A stretch of 64,000 bases of DNA from Terriglobia bacterium (GCA_963695545.1 OY968796.1:448001-512000); one strand, 5' to 3'. Shown: positions 8,892 through 18,954, counted from the stretch's first letter. Notes: a model not told the origin generated them from the sequence alone. Program-made: numbers and translations.

Positions 8892-11339
8892 ATGCCCAGT
8901 GGCGCACGAAAAATTCCAGTGCAAAGGAAAATAGGATTCTTTGCTCGCGGCGCGCGCGCATTGTGGCGACGCCGCGTGCCTCTGGCGATCAGTCTCGGAC
9001 TGATGATCGCCGCGCTCGGAATTTATCTCGTGGCCTTCGTCGGCGAACGGCCCACGCCAACCTTCGATTTCATTCATCGCCTCGAACTCGACGCCCTGGA
9101 CACACGCTTCCGCCTGCGCCCGCCGCGCGATACGCATCCCGATCCGCGCATCGTGATCGTCGATATCGATCAGCGCTCGCAGGAAGTCCTGGGCCGCTGG
9201 CCGTTTTCGCGCGCCGAATTCGCGCGCATGCTGGACGCGCTGCACGATGACGGTGCCGCGGTCGTGGGCTTTGACATCACCTTCAGCAAGCCCGACGAAA
9301 GCTCGGCGCCAATTCGCGAACTGGCCGCTCAATTGGCGGACCAGGAAAAGCAGCAAGGCGCGCGGGTCGATCCTATCGTTCAGCAGGACCTCGATCGCCT
9401 GGCGCACGCCTCCGATCCAGACGATCAATTTGCTCAGGCCATCCGGCGTTTCGGGCCCGTGGTGATCGGCAACTTTTTTCTGTACTCCGAAGCGGATTTA
9501 GAAGGAGTCAGCCAGCAATCGCTTGATCGCTACGCGAATATTCTTTCCGATTTCCCGTTTCCGCTGGAGCGCGCCGAAAATCCGAAGACCGGCCCCGACG
9601 ATCTCGTTCGTCTGATGCAATCGTACGAGCCGTGGGGACTCACGCCGCGCGGGACGCAAGCGAATCTTGAAACGCTAAGCGCGGCGCTTCTCGATGCGCA
9701 CGGCCAAACCGGGTTCTTCAACGTCGAACCCGATCCCGATGGCGTGGTGCGTCACGCGCTACTCGTATTGCCGTATGGTCGCTCGAAAGATCCGGCCGAT
9801 TGGGATCTCTACGCGTCGCTCGATGTGCAGACCGTGCGATTGTTCCTGCATGTGCCGGACGATCAGATGTCGGTAGACTTCGGCCCCGCCGGAATCTCGG
9901 AAATCGAATTCGGGCCCGGGCTTGCCGTGCATCCGGATCCGATCGGCCGCCTGCTGATCAATTATCAAGGCCCTGTGCGGACCTACCAATACGTTTCCAT
10001 GGCCGATGTTGTGAAGCGCACGTTCGCGCCCGGCACTTTTAAAGGAAAAATCGTGCTGGTGGGCGCATCAGCCACGGGAATCGGCGATCTGCGCTCCACT
10101 CCGTATGGCGGCCTGGATTATCCCGGCGTTGAAATCCACGCCAACGTGATCGACAACATTCTGAATCGCCATTCGCTCAAGCGAGGGCCGAAACAGGTCG
10201 CGTGGGACATCGCGTTGATTTTCTTTTTCGGCATCCCAGTAGGCGTGTGGCTCGCGTTCGGTGGCCCGCGCTGGCTGTGGGCTCCGCTGCTGTTGCTCGT
10301 GCCGTTCGCCTTTGGCGTTTACGATGCGTTCTTGCACGATTGGTGGCTGAATTTCACCATGCCGGCGCTGCTTCTGGTTTCAAACGTGGGTTTGGTGGCG
10401 CTCTACCGCGCATTGATCGAGGAAAAAGAAAAACGCAAAGTTCGCGGAGCCTTTCAACAATATCTGAGCGCCGAAGTTATCCGCCGTTTGCTTGAAAGCC
10501 CCGAATTGCTCGAGCCGCGCCGCACGGAAATCACCGTGATGTTCAGCGACGTGCGCGGATTCACCACGATTTCTGAAAAACTCGACGCGCAGGAATTGGC
10601 GGCGCTGCTCAATCAATATCTCAACGATATGACGCGCATCGTGTTCGATCGCGGCGGCACGCTCGATAAATATATCGGCGACGCGGTGATGGCTTTCTGG
10701 GGCGCGCCGATCGAGCAATCCGATCACGCAGCGAATGCATGCCGCGCCGCGGTTGAAATGATGCAGCGTCTTGCGCCTCTGCAACGACAATGGCAATCGG
10801 AAGGCAAACCACATCTCGACATCGGCATTGGCCTTAACACCGGCGCCGCGTCGGTCGGCAACATGGGCTCCGCGCTGCGCTACGGCTACACGGCGCTGGG
10901 CGACACCGTGAATCTCGCGTCGCGTCTTGAAGGTTTGAACAAGGACTATGGGACGCACATCTTGGTGAGCGAGACTACGTTCGAGCAAGTGACCGACGAG
11001 ACCGCGGCGCAAGCTGACGGCGCGCAATTCGTTTTTCGCGAACTCGACCTGATTCGCGTGAAGGGCAAGACGCAGCCTGTGGGACTTTACGAGCTGATCG
11101 GCGAGCGCGATGCGTTAGGCGACTCCGCCGATCTCGACGAGCGTCTCGCACAATTCGCGCGCGGCCGCGCGCTCTATCGCGAGCGGCGATGGGCGGAAGC
11201 GCAATCCGTTTTTGCGAGCATCGCTGAGCGCTGGCCCGACGACGGTCCCGCGCGCGTCTTCCGCGATCGATGTGAAAGTTACTTGATTGAAGAGCCCGAA
11301 CCCGGCTGGGACGGCGTCTTCACGATGACGCACAAATAG
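8892..11339 (+). CDS. CHASE2-domain class III adenylate cyclase with C-terminal TPR-like tail
   Basis: IVIVDID..S...GRWPFSR, DPDGVVR and PGVEIHAN (CHASE2); three TMs; FSDVRGFT, DKYIGDAVM and YTALGDTVNLASRLE (K and T residues typical of ATP-specific cyclases). Confidence 0.95.
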   Translation: MPSGARKIPVQRKIGFFARGARALWRRRVPLAISLGLMIAALGIYLVAFVGERPTPTFDFIHRLELDALDTRFRLRPPRDTHPDPRIVIVDIDQRSQEVLGRWPFSRAEFARMLDALHDDGAAVVGFDITFSKPDESSAPIRELAAQLADQEKQQGARVDPIVQQDLDRLAHASDPDDQFAQAIRRFGPVVIGNFFLYSEADLEGVSQQSLDRYANILSDFPFPLERAENPKTGPDDLVRLMQSYEPWGLTPRGTQANLETLSAALLDAHGQTGFFNVEPDPDGVVRHALLVLPYGRSKDPADWDLYASLDVQTVRLFLHVPDDQMSVDFGPAGISEIEFGPGLAVHPDPIGRLLINYQGPVRTYQYVSMADVVKRTFAPGTFKGKIVLVGASATGIGDLRSTPYGGLDYPGVEIHANVIDNILNRHSLKRGPKQVAWDIALIFFFGIPVGVWLAFGGPRWLWAPLLLLVPFAFGVYDAFLHDWWLNFTMPALLLVSNVGLVALYRALIEEKEKRKVRGAFQQYLSAEVIRRLLESPELLEPRRTEITVMFSDVRGFTTISEKLDAQELAALLNQYLNDMTRIVFDRGGTLDKYIGDAVMAFWGAPIEQSDHAANACRAAVEMMQRLAPLQRQWQSEGKPHLDIGIGLNTGAASVGNMGSALRYGYTALGDTVNLASRLEGLNKDYGTHILVSETTFEQVTDETAAQADGAQFVFRELDLIRVKGKTQPVGLYELIGERDALGDSADLDERLAQFARGRALYRERRWAEAQSVFASIAERWPDDGPARVFRDRCESYLIEEPEPGWDGVFTMTHK

Positions 11340-11387
11340 GACGCCGCGATCGCGGCGCGCGGCGTCGCTGCAACGATTCGTTCCGCG

Positions 11388-11732
11388 CTAGCCCGGCGGC
11401 CAGCCAAATTCCCTTCCGCCGAGCACGTGCAAATGCAGATGGAACACGCTTTGCCCGGCTTCCGGTCCATTGTTGAACACGGTGCGAAAATCTGTGCGCT
11501 TTCGCTCGCGAGCCAATTTTGCACCGACGAGAAGAATTCGCCCCAGTAGCCCGGCGTCTTCCGCCACAGCCTCGCGCAGTGACACGAGATGTTTACGCGG
11601 GCAAATCAGAATATGATCGGGCGCCTGCGGATTGATGTCCTCGAACGCGAAAATTTCCGGATCTTCGTAGACCAGCTTCGCGGGAATTTCCTTCCGCCCG
11701 ATGCGGCAGAATAGGCAGTCGCTCTCTCCCAT
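11388..11732 (-). CDS. hinT: Histidine triad (HIT) nucleotide-binding protein
   Basis: CLFCRI, DINPQAP, AGQSVFHLHLHVLGGR..WPPG. Confidence 0.95.
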   Translation of the reverse strand: MGESDCLFCRIGRKEIPAKLVYEDPEIFAFEDINPQAPDHILICPRKHLVSLREAVAEDAGLLGRILLVGAKLARERKRTDFRTVFNNGPEAGQSVFHLHLHVLGGREFGWPPG

Positions 11733-11789
11733 TTTCGTCTCCCTTACTTCGGAATCGCGCGATCCCGCGGAAATTTTAGCATCGCTCCG

Positions 11790-12680
11790 TTAATTTACGG
11801 GATCGACGCGCACCACAAACGCCGTGTAACCGTGTTCGGCCTGCAATTGCGCCGCAACTTCCTGCGCCGCGGCCTCAAACGTATACCTGCCGACAAAAAC
11901 GCGATACACCGCGCCGGTCGGCAAATCGAATTTCTGAACGGAGACGCTTGGATAGCTCACGGTGAGCTGGTCGCGCAGCTTATCGGCCTTGGCCGCGTCA
12001 GCGAACGCGCCGATTTGCACGGCGAATATGCCCACCTTCACGTCAGTCGTTGCGGCAGGCGTTCCAGTGGGCGTTACAGCTTGCGCTTTGGCGGGCGCGG
12101 CAGGCGTGCCTGCGGGGCTGGCAGGCAATTCGATGGGACCGGCGGAAACCAACTCAAGGCGCACAGGCGCTGTGCCAGTGGCTACGATGTCGAGCGCCTT
12201 CGCCGCCGCGAGGGACAGATCGATGATGCGCCCTTCGACGAACGGGCCGCGATCGATGATGCGCACTTCTGTCTGCAAACCGTTACTGAGATTGGTGACG
12301 CGCACAATGCTATTGAACGGCAGCGTGCGGTGCGCGGCGGTCATCTGATTCATGTCGTAGATTTCGCCGTCGGATGCGCGGCGCCCCTGAAACGGAAATC
12401 CGTACCACGACGCCACGCCTTCTTCGACATAGCCCGCGCCGCTCTCGCCGGCGACGGGGGCTTGCGGTGCGGAACCGCGCGGCTTGCTCGCAGAGGGCGC
12501 ACCGGGAGTTGAAGTTGGCGGTTGAGTTGAAGACGGCGTTGGGGGCGGAGGAACATTCGCGGTCGCGGCGCGATGCGCGCAGCCCGCAGAAAATAAAATC
12601 ACCGAGAGCAACGCGCCGAGAGCACTCGCGCGCGGCCAACGTGGACCTCGCGGTGCGCGCGTGGCCGGGAACGAAATCAC
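11790..12680 (-). CDS. rlpA: Septal ring lytic transglycosylase RlpA family lipoprotein with SPOR domain
   Basis: Lipobox SAGC; GVASWYG, TAAHRTLPF, IDRGPF..GRIIDLS; C-terminal AVQIGAF SPOR motif. Confidence 0.93.
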   Translation of the reverse strand: MISFPATRAPRGPRWPRASALGALLSVILFSAGCAHRAATANVPPPPTPSSTQPPTSTPGAPSASKPRGSAPQAPVAGESGAGYVEEGVASWYGFPFQGRRASDGEIYDMNQMTAAHRTLPFNSIVRVTNLSNGLQTEVRIIDRGPFVEGRIIDLSLAAAKALDIVATGTAPVRLELVSAGPIELPASPAGTPAAPAKAQAVTPTGTPAATTDVKVGIFAVQIGAFADAAKADKLRDQLTVSYPSVSVQKFDLPTGAVYRVFVGRYTFEAAAQEVAAQLQAEHGYTAFVVRVDPVN

Positions 12681-12693
12681 GACGGGGCCAGCG

Positions 12694-12876
12694 TCATTTC
12701 TTCTTCTTAAGGCTTTCGTCCAACCGGTCGGCCGCTTTGTTCAAACGCACGGCGGCTTGGCGAAGCGTTTCGGCGGTCTTGCGCGTGGTTTGCGGTTTGA
12801 TTTCCGTTTCGATCAGCTTGCGAACGCGGGCGAATTCCGCATCCACCTTACGGCCGATTTCTTCCCAAGAATCCAT
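12694..12876 (-). CDS. Small hypothetical helical protein
   Basis: 60-aa amphipathic ORF with AAGGAG RBS upstream, co-oriented with rlpA. Confidence 0.7.
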   Translation of the reverse strand: MDSWEEIGRKVDAEFARVRKLIETEIKPQTTRKTAETLRQAAVRLNKAADRLDESLKKKK

Positions 12877-13000
12877 GAGCGCTCCTTGACGATTGATTCG
12901 CTTGCGACGGGTGACGCGCCGCGCGCGCCGCGCTTTTCGTTTGCGGCAATTTTTTCGATATTATAGGCGTGCGTTCCGGCGCCAGCAAGGAGAAGACCTC

Positions 13001-13915
13001 GTGCCGCTTTCACCGCGCTTGCGCTATCGTCTGGAGCGCTGGCGCACCACCGTAAAAGGATGGTTTCACTCCGAGCCGACGCAGCAGCGCCCACGCATTT
13101 GCCCGAAGTGCGGATCGCTTGCGGGCGTGGGCACTTCGCACTGCCCGCAGTGCGGCGCGAATCTTAATTTTTCGCTCGCGGCGGCAAGTAAATCCTTCAG
13201 CCGATTTCTGCCGCAGACTTCGCCGGCGACTTATTTTATCGTCGCGCTGTGTGCATTGCTCTATGGCTTGAGCTACGTGCTCACGATGCGCACCGGCGGA
13301 GCACCGTCGGGCAGCCTGTTCGACATCGGCGGAATTTCGCCTGACGTGCTGGATCGCCTGGGCGCGTCGCGTCCGCTTCCGTTTGATATCGCGGAGCCGT
13401 GGCGCCTGATCACGGCGGTATTTCTTCACGGCAGCTTGCTGCACATCGGCTTCAATATGTGGGTGCTGATGGATATCGGCCCGATGGTCGAAGAGCTTTA
13501 CGGTTCGGCGCGTTATTTTTTTGTCTTCGTGCTTACGGGCGCGCTCGGTTACGTCGTGAGCGCGGCATTTGGACACTTCAGCATCGGCGCGTCGGGCGCG
13601 TTGCTGGGATTGATCGGTTTGCTGCTCGCGGCAACCACGAGTCGATCGAGCTCCGGCATGCAGATGCTGCGAAAGCGACTGATTTATTTCCTGGTCTATA
13701 TCGCGATTTTCGGACTGCTGATGCGCGGCACGGACAACGCAGCCCACGCGGGCGGACTGGTTTCCGGATTCGTGCTCGGAAAGCTTATCAGCGATCGCCC
13801 TCCCGCCGGAGTTTCCGAAGAGCGGCGCGCGCAAACCATGGGTTGGCTGGCCGGGGTCGCGGTGGCTGCGAGCTTCGTGATGATGCTGCTGAGCTATTTC
13901 CGCGGACAGGGATAG
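13001..13915 (+). CDS. Rhomboid intramembrane serine protease with N-terminal zinc ribbon
   Basis: CPKC..CPQC; WRLITAVFLH..LLHIGFN, GASG (catalytic Ser) and AHAGG (catalytic His); GTG after AAGGAG. Confidence 0.93.
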   Translation: MPLSPRLRYRLERWRTTVKGWFHSEPTQQRPRICPKCGSLAGVGTSHCPQCGANLNFSLAAASKSFSRFLPQTSPATYFIVALCALLYGLSYVLTMRTGGAPSGSLFDIGGISPDVLDRLGASRPLPFDIAEPWRLITAVFLHGSLLHIGFNMWVLMDIGPMVEELYGSARYFFVFVLTGALGYVVSAAFGHFSIGASGALLGLIGLLLAATTSRSSSGMQMLRKRLIYFLVYIAIFGLLMRGTDNAAHAGGLVSGFVLGKLISDRPPAGVSEERRAQTMGWLAGVAVAASFVMMLLSYFRGQG

Positions 13916-13949
13916 ACCGTGGACGCGAGCGAACGAGAGCGCGGAGCGA

Positions 13950-14498
13950 TCAGGCACTGAGCCTCCGGGCGACCACCACGCTGTAGTGCAATCCGGAAAA
14001 AACGGTGAGCGCGGCGACCGCGTCGCGCAACACCAGGTGCGACACTTCAAGCCATCGCCAATTCGTCACGGCCAGCGCGAGCACGCAGAATACGAACAAA
14101 ATCTGCACGAGCGTGGTGGCCTTTCCGAAAAAGCTCGGCGGAAACGTCCGGAATCCCAGCACCAGCAGAATCACTACGGCCGTGGTGAGCAACAGAACAT
14201 CGCGGCTGAGCACCAGAATCGCGAGCCACCAGTGAACTTTTCCGCGCAGCGCCAGCACCACGAATGAAGACGAGAGAAGCAGCTTGTCGGCGATCGGATC
14301 GAAGTACGCGCCGACGGCGCTTTTCTGTTTGAGCATGCGCGCGAGGAGGCCGTCGAGGCCGTCGGTGAGCGCCGCCAGCGTGAGCAGGCCGAGCGCCCAA
14401 TCGTAGTGAGCGTAAAGAATGGCGATCAAATAAAACGGCAAAAATCCGAGACGCAGAAAGGTCAACTGATTCGGAACCGTAAAAATACGGCGGCGCAT
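13950..14498 (-). CDS. CDP-alcohol phosphatidyltransferase (PgsA/cardiolipin synthase type)
   Basis: PNQLTFLR and TDGLDGLLAR....SAVGAYFDPIADK signature. Confidence 0.95.
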   Translation of the reverse strand: MRRRIFTVPNQLTFLRLGFLPFYLIAILYAHYDWALGLLTLAALTDGLDGLLARMLKQKSAVGAYFDPIADKLLLSSSFVVLALRGKVHWWLAILVLSRDVLLLTTAVVILLVLGFRTFPPSFFGKATTLVQILFVFCVLALAVTNWRWLEVSHLVLRDAVAALTVFSGLHYSVVVARRLSA

Positions 14499-14509
14499 GG
14501 CTGGCCGGC

Positions 14510-14818
14510 TCAGGCGAACTGCGCGAGGTAATCGCGCAGCGAGCGGCCCACCTTGCGCTCAAAACCTTCGGCCACGGAGGGAATCGAGCCACGCGGCTCG
14601 TCAAGCGCGATGCGTTCTACGCGCTGCATCGGAAAAAAAAGTGTGGGCAGGCCGACGCGCTCGCCTTCGGGGTCGCGCACCTGGAGAACGAAATCGTCGA
14701 AGGAATTAAGATCAATGCCGCGCACGGTGATTCCGGCTTGTTGCAATTCCACGAGCTCGCCCCAGATTTTTTCTTTCGGCGTGTGCAGGCTGACGATGAC
14801 GATGGAGTTCGGTTGCAT
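14510..14818 (-). CDS. Hypothetical protein (possible Sm-like beta fold)
   Basis: Compact 102-aa ORF co-oriented with neighbours; EKIWGEL...GITVRG...LFFPMQRVERI. Confidence 0.75.
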   Translation of the reverse strand: MQPNSIVIVSLHTPKEKIWGELVELQQAGITVRGIDLNSFDDFVLQVRDPEGERVGLPTLFFPMQRVERIALDEPRGSIPSVAEGFERKVGRSLRDYLAQFA

Positions 14819-14950
14819 GAGTCGGGTTCGCTCCCAAGCGAAGCTAGCGATCTATTGCAGCTATCCTAGCGCATCCGGGCGGCGGGACGGGGCCGCTGTG
14901 TGCGAATGCGGCGGAAGCGTCAGCGTGCGGCGCGGCGGCGGCGAACCGCG

Positions 14951-15628
14951 TCAGACGCGGATGGTCCTTAAGTCTGGCGCGACGCGTAACTGCGATTCGG
15001 TCATCTTCTGCACTTCGGCGGTCGTGACGCCGGGCGCGATCTCGCGCAACAGCAGGCCTTCGGGCGTGACTTCGATCACCGCGAGTTCCGTGACGATCAT
15101 GTTCACAACGCCGGCGCCGGTGAGCGGCAGAGTGCACTGGCGCAAAATTTTCGGACGGCCTTCCTTGGTGGCGTGGTCCATCGCGATGATCACGCGGCGC
15201 GCGCCGGCGACGAGATCCATCGCGCCGCCCATGCCTTTGAGCATTTTGCCGGGAATCGCCCAGTTCGCAAGATTGCCATGCTCATCGACTTCGAGCGCGC
15301 CGAGCACGGTCAAATCCACGTGGCTTCCGCGCACCATGCCGAAGGAATCGGCGCTCGAAAAATAACTGCTGCCGAGAACTTCGGTGACGGTTTCCTTGCC
15401 GGCGTTGATCAGATCCGGGTCCTCTTCGCCTTCCCACGGATACGGGCCGACGCCGAGCATGCCGTTTTCCGATTGGAGCACGACTTCCATTCCGTCGGGA
15501 ATGAAATTGGCGACGAGGGTGGGCGTGCCGATGCCGAGATTCACGTACATGCCGTCGCGCAGCTCTTGCGCCACGCGCTTGGCGATGAATTCGCGGCGTT
15601 CGATTTCGTTCAGTGCCATCAGTGCCAT
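14951..15628 (-). CDS. scoB: 3-oxoacid CoA-transferase subunit B
   Basis: [14 protein letters not shown] (catalytic Glu), [18 protein letters not shown]. Confidence 0.95.
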   Translation of the reverse strand: MALMALNEIERREFIAKRVAQELRDGMYVNLGIGTPTLVANFIPDGMEVVLQSENGMLGVGPYPWEGEEDPDLINAGKETVTEVLGSSYFSSADSFGMVRGSHVDLTVLGALEVDEHGNLANWAIPGKMLKGMGGAMDLVAGARRVIIAMDHATKEGRPKILRQCTLPLTGAGVVNMIVTELAVIEVTPEGLLLREIAPGVTTAEVQKMTESQLRVAPDLRTIRV

Positions 15629-15645
15629 TCGCTCAGTACTATTTG

Positions 15646-15691
15646 AAGCAATGCGCTCCGCGCGGGCCGGCTCAACAATGCGCTCCGCGCA
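15646..15691 (-). repeat. Two copies of the 27-bp-period dispersed repeat upstream of scoB
   Basis: Minus strand tgcgcggagcgcattgttg (15691-15673) and cgcgcggagcgcattgctt (15664-15646), 27 bp apart. Confidence 0.85.
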
Positions 15692-15768
15692 CGCCGGGCG
15701 CCTCGATTTGCCACTAGTGCCTTCTCATAAATGCCGCGCGGAATCAACAGGACAGCGGCGCGGGAGGG

Positions 15769-15795
15769 AAAACCTCAGGAGATGCCTGAGGTTTT
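15769..15795. terminator. Perfect 11-bp hairpin with A/T tails, possible bidirectional terminator
   Basis: aaaacctcagg-agatg-cctgaggtttt. Confidence 0.45.
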
Positions 15796-15814
15796 GAGAT
15801 TTCGGAGGCACTAT

Positions 15815-15978
15815 ATACACCCCCGGTATATTTTGCGAAAGAGCTGTAAACAAAGGAGATGCAGGAAAAGAGTGCGCATGAGTGTGAAAACACAGGGGTG
15901 TAATGTTTCGTGTTTTCAATGAATTGCGCACTCTTTTGTAAGAATATGAAAACAAGTTATTTGCGGGTGCAAAAAACA
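15815..15978. repeat. AT-rich non-coding element with nested inverted repeats and repeated AAACA boxes
   Basis: 13-bp IR aaaagagtgcgca 15866-15878 / tgcgcactctttt 15925-15937; 9-bp IR tgaaaacac 15885-15893 / gtgttttca 15910-15918. Confidence 0.7.
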
Positions 15979-16324
15979 ACGAGAAATGCGTCGACGGACG
16001 CGCTGCGACGGGGGCGGATGAGGCGGGACAAGGACCGACAGCATGGAAATCGAGCTTTTGTCGCGTGTTCATACCACCTTATAGCAAGATAAGCGAAACC
16101 TGTCAATGGTATTCTGTGAGTATACTATTCGAATAGACTCCGGCGACGATCTTCCGCGCCATTCGAAACGACTGTGCCACTCGTACGGAGCCTTCGCGAA
16201 ATCGCCAAGCGTGCTTCGCAAGGGCGGGATGGAACGCCACCGGGCCAAAGAACCGGCGAATCGCCCGGCGGGAAACGACGGGCCGTTGACTTGGCGTCTG
16301 TAGCGGGTGAGAATCCGCCTGTCC

Positions 16325-17272
16325 ATGATTCACCTTGAAAATATCACGAAGGAATATGATGCGCCTTCCGGCAACGCGGGGAGCATCGTGGCAGCCCGCA
16401 AACTTACTCTCGACGTACCGGCCGGCGAGATATTCGGGCTGGTGGGGCCGAACGGAGCGGGAAAGACGACGACGCTGAAGATGATTTGCGGATTGATCGC
16501 GCCGACGGCCGGACGCGTGACGGTGAACGGCATCGACGTCGCGACACAGCCCGAAGACGCGCAGCAGTTTATCGGTTACCTTGCGGATTTTTTTTCTCTC
16601 TATGACGACCTGAAGGTGTGGGAGTACCTCGAATATTTCGCGCGCGCTTACAAGATGGATCGGACAGCGATACCCGAGCGGGTCGACCAAGTGATCCGGC
16701 AGATCGGCCTGGAGTCAAAGCGTGACTCGCTGATTCACGGTCTTTCTCGCGGGATGAAGCAGCGAGTGGGCATCGGGCGCGCGATCATTCACGATCCGCT
16801 GCTGCTGATTCTTGATGAGCCGGCGGCGGGACTGGATCCGAAGGCGCGCGTGGATCTTAAGGAGTTGCTGCGCGATCTGCACGCGAAAGGCAAGACCATC
16901 TTCATCACGTCTCACATTCTTTCGGACCTCGAAGAGGTATGCACATCAGTCGCGGTGATCGAGAAGGGGCAGCTGTTGCGCGTAGGGCGCCTGGAAGAAG
17001 TGATGCGCGACGGCCGGGCGGTGCGCCGGATTCGCATCCGGCTCGCCGCGGCGGATGAATCGATCGGCGCGCTGCTCGGGGCGCGGCCTGACGTGACGGA
17101 GCTTGCGAGCGGAACGACGGGAGTTGAATTTTCATTCAGCGGCGACGACGCGCGTCTGGCCGAATTGGTGAGAGAACTGGTGAGCGGCGGCGCGCCGATT
17201 TGCGGCGTGCAAGAGATCTCCGAAAATCTGGAACAACTCTATATGCGGATTTCAAGCGGTGAGGTCTCTTGA
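16325..17272 (+). CDS. ABC-2 type transporter ATP-binding protein
   Basis: GPNGAGKTT, LSRGMKQR, LILDEP, TSHIL. Confidence 0.95.
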   Translation: MIHLENITKEYDAPSGNAGSIVAARKLTLDVPAGEIFGLVGPNGAGKTTTLKMICGLIAPTAGRVTVNGIDVATQPEDAQQFIGYLADFFSLYDDLKVWEYLEYFARAYKMDRTAIPERVDQVIRQIGLESKRDSLIHGLSRGMKQRVGIGRAIIHDPLLLILDEPAAGLDPKARVDLKELLRDLHAKGKTIFITSHILSDLEEVCTSVAVIEKGQLLRVGRLEEVMRDGRAVRRIRIRLAAADESIGALLGARPDVTELASGTTGVEFSFSGDDARLAELVRELVSGGAPICGVQEISENLEQLYMRISSGEVS

Positions 17273-18807
17273 GCCTCACGGGATTCTTTCCGGAATTGGT
17301 GCGGAACGGCCGCATCCAGATGCGTCCGAAGCGGATGCTGGCGGCGGCGTCGATCTGCGCTGTGGTGTCGTTCACCACATATTTGAACTACCGACACCCG
17401 TTTATGCCGGAGGCTCTGCTGGAGTTGTTTGTGAACGCGGGCGTGACCGTCCTGATCCTCGGCGGAGGGATTCTGTGCTTGCAATCGATCCACCGCGAAA
17501 AAGAACTCAACACGTTCGATTACCAGCGTATTACGCGGCTTACGCCGCTCGAACTGACGCTCGGCAAACTCTTCGGTGCTCCGAGCCTGGCATATTTCAT
17601 CGTGCTTTGCCTGGCGCCGATCACGCTGGCCGCGGCATTTCTATCGGGCGTAAGCTTGGTAACGATCCTGTGGATCTACGCGATCGTACTGCTCGGAACG
17701 ATCACCTATCACGCGTTTGCGCTGCTGGTCTCTCTGATGGCGGGGCGAGGCAGTTCGGCCGGCATTATCATTTTCTTCCTAATCGCCGTTTACGTGAGTG
17801 CGTTTGTCGAGGGCGACCGCAGCAGCATGCTCGCTCTGCGCATGATCAGTCCGTACTTCGCGGCGCAACTACCGCGCGCCAGCGATGCGCCGAACCCATG
17901 GGTTGTGGGACCACGACTGCCCGGAGGCAAGGACTTGCTGTTCGGCGTGACGGTTCCTCACGTTCTTGTTCTGGTGGCGCTGTACGTGACCTTGACGGGA
18001 TGGTTTTTGCTGGCGCTGACGAGAAACATTAAGCGCGATCCTTCGATGTACGAAATCTATTCGCCACTGCAGGCATTTGGATTTGTGCTCTATCTGCACC
18101 TGATTGTGCTCGCCTTTTATCAGTGGACGCGACTATTCTCCCACTGGACTAGCGGAGCGTCGCCGTATTTCAGCGCTGACGAAAACCAGGTAGCCCCCGC
18201 GCAAGCCGAGCATGAAATTCTGGCGTTCAGTTTGGCGATCTTCATCATTTTTGGCTTGATGCTGCTGCGAAATCGCGAGCGCGTTCGGCACAGGATTTTG
18301 CGACTGGGAGAAGGCGCGGTGAGTTGGTGGGCGGCGCTTTGGCCTGGGCCCTATCTTCTGGGTGGCGTGCTGACGGTGGGCCTCGCAATGATCGCGATGA
18401 TCTGGCACAAGTTGCATCCCGAGACGGAGTGGAGTTTTGGGATGGCATTTTTTCAAGTGTGTTTTCTCGCCGCGTGGGTGACGCGCGACGCGATCTACCT
18501 GCAATGGATGAATTTGCGGCGCGGACGGCGTTCGCTGACGGCCGGGTTGATTTACCTGATCGTGTTCTACGTTTGCTCGAGCGCCTTGTGGGCAGGATTG
18601 AGCTTTTACCGTGCGGAAGGCCGCACCTTCGGCGCCTTCAACGCCTATTTGGTGCCGTGGACGATCTTCGGAATGGATTTCGACAGTTGGATGGGCGCTT
18701 CGAGGATATGGCTGGGCGCTCTGGCCATTTTGGCGGGTGAGGCACTGGTGTTCGCGGCGCTGCAGAGATCGCAGCTGATGAAACTGCGCGAGTCCGCGAG
18801 CGTGTGA
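17269..18807 (+). CDS. ABC-2 type transporter permease-like polytopic membrane protein
   Basis: About 12 hydrophobic segments; SIHREKELNTFDY..ITRL..LTLGKLFG motif; 4-bp overlap with the ATPase gene. Confidence 0.85.
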   Translation: MSLTGFFPELVRNGRIQMRPKRMLAAASICAVVSFTTYLNYRHPFMPEALLELFVNAGVTVLILGGGILCLQSIHREKELNTFDYQRITRLTPLELTLGKLFGAPSLAYFIVLCLAPITLAAAFLSGVSLVTILWIYAIVLLGTITYHAFALLVSLMAGRGSSAGIIIFFLIAVYVSAFVEGDRSSMLALRMISPYFAAQLPRASDAPNPWVVGPRLPGGKDLLFGVTVPHVLVLVALYVTLTGWFLLALTRNIKRDPSMYEIYSPLQAFGFVLYLHLIVLAFYQWTRLFSHWTSGASPYFSADENQVAPAQAEHEILAFSLAIFIIFGLMLLRNRERVRHRILRLGEGAVSWWAALWPGPYLLGGVLTVGLAMIAMIWHKLHPETEWSFGMAFFQVCFLAAWVTRDAIYLQWMNLRRGRRSLTAGLIYLIVFYVCSSALWAGLSFYRAEGRTFGAFNAYLVPWTIFGMDFDSWMGASRIWLGALAILAGEALVFAALQRSQLMKLRESASV

Positions 18808-18954
18808 GTACGAAACCTATCGCGCTCACGTTCCACGATGGGCTGCTCGGCTCAGCCCCTGGCGCGGTGCGACAAAACAATAGCTGGATTAACCGGGTCG
18901 TCCGACATGCCGGATTTTGCGATCGCGCCGACTAGATTGCGGCGGCGCGACGGC

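Noticed and set aside
15725..16072. 115-aa minus-strand ORF across the AT-rich element
   Set aside because: Translation of a palindromic non-coding element; no RBS or protein-like features
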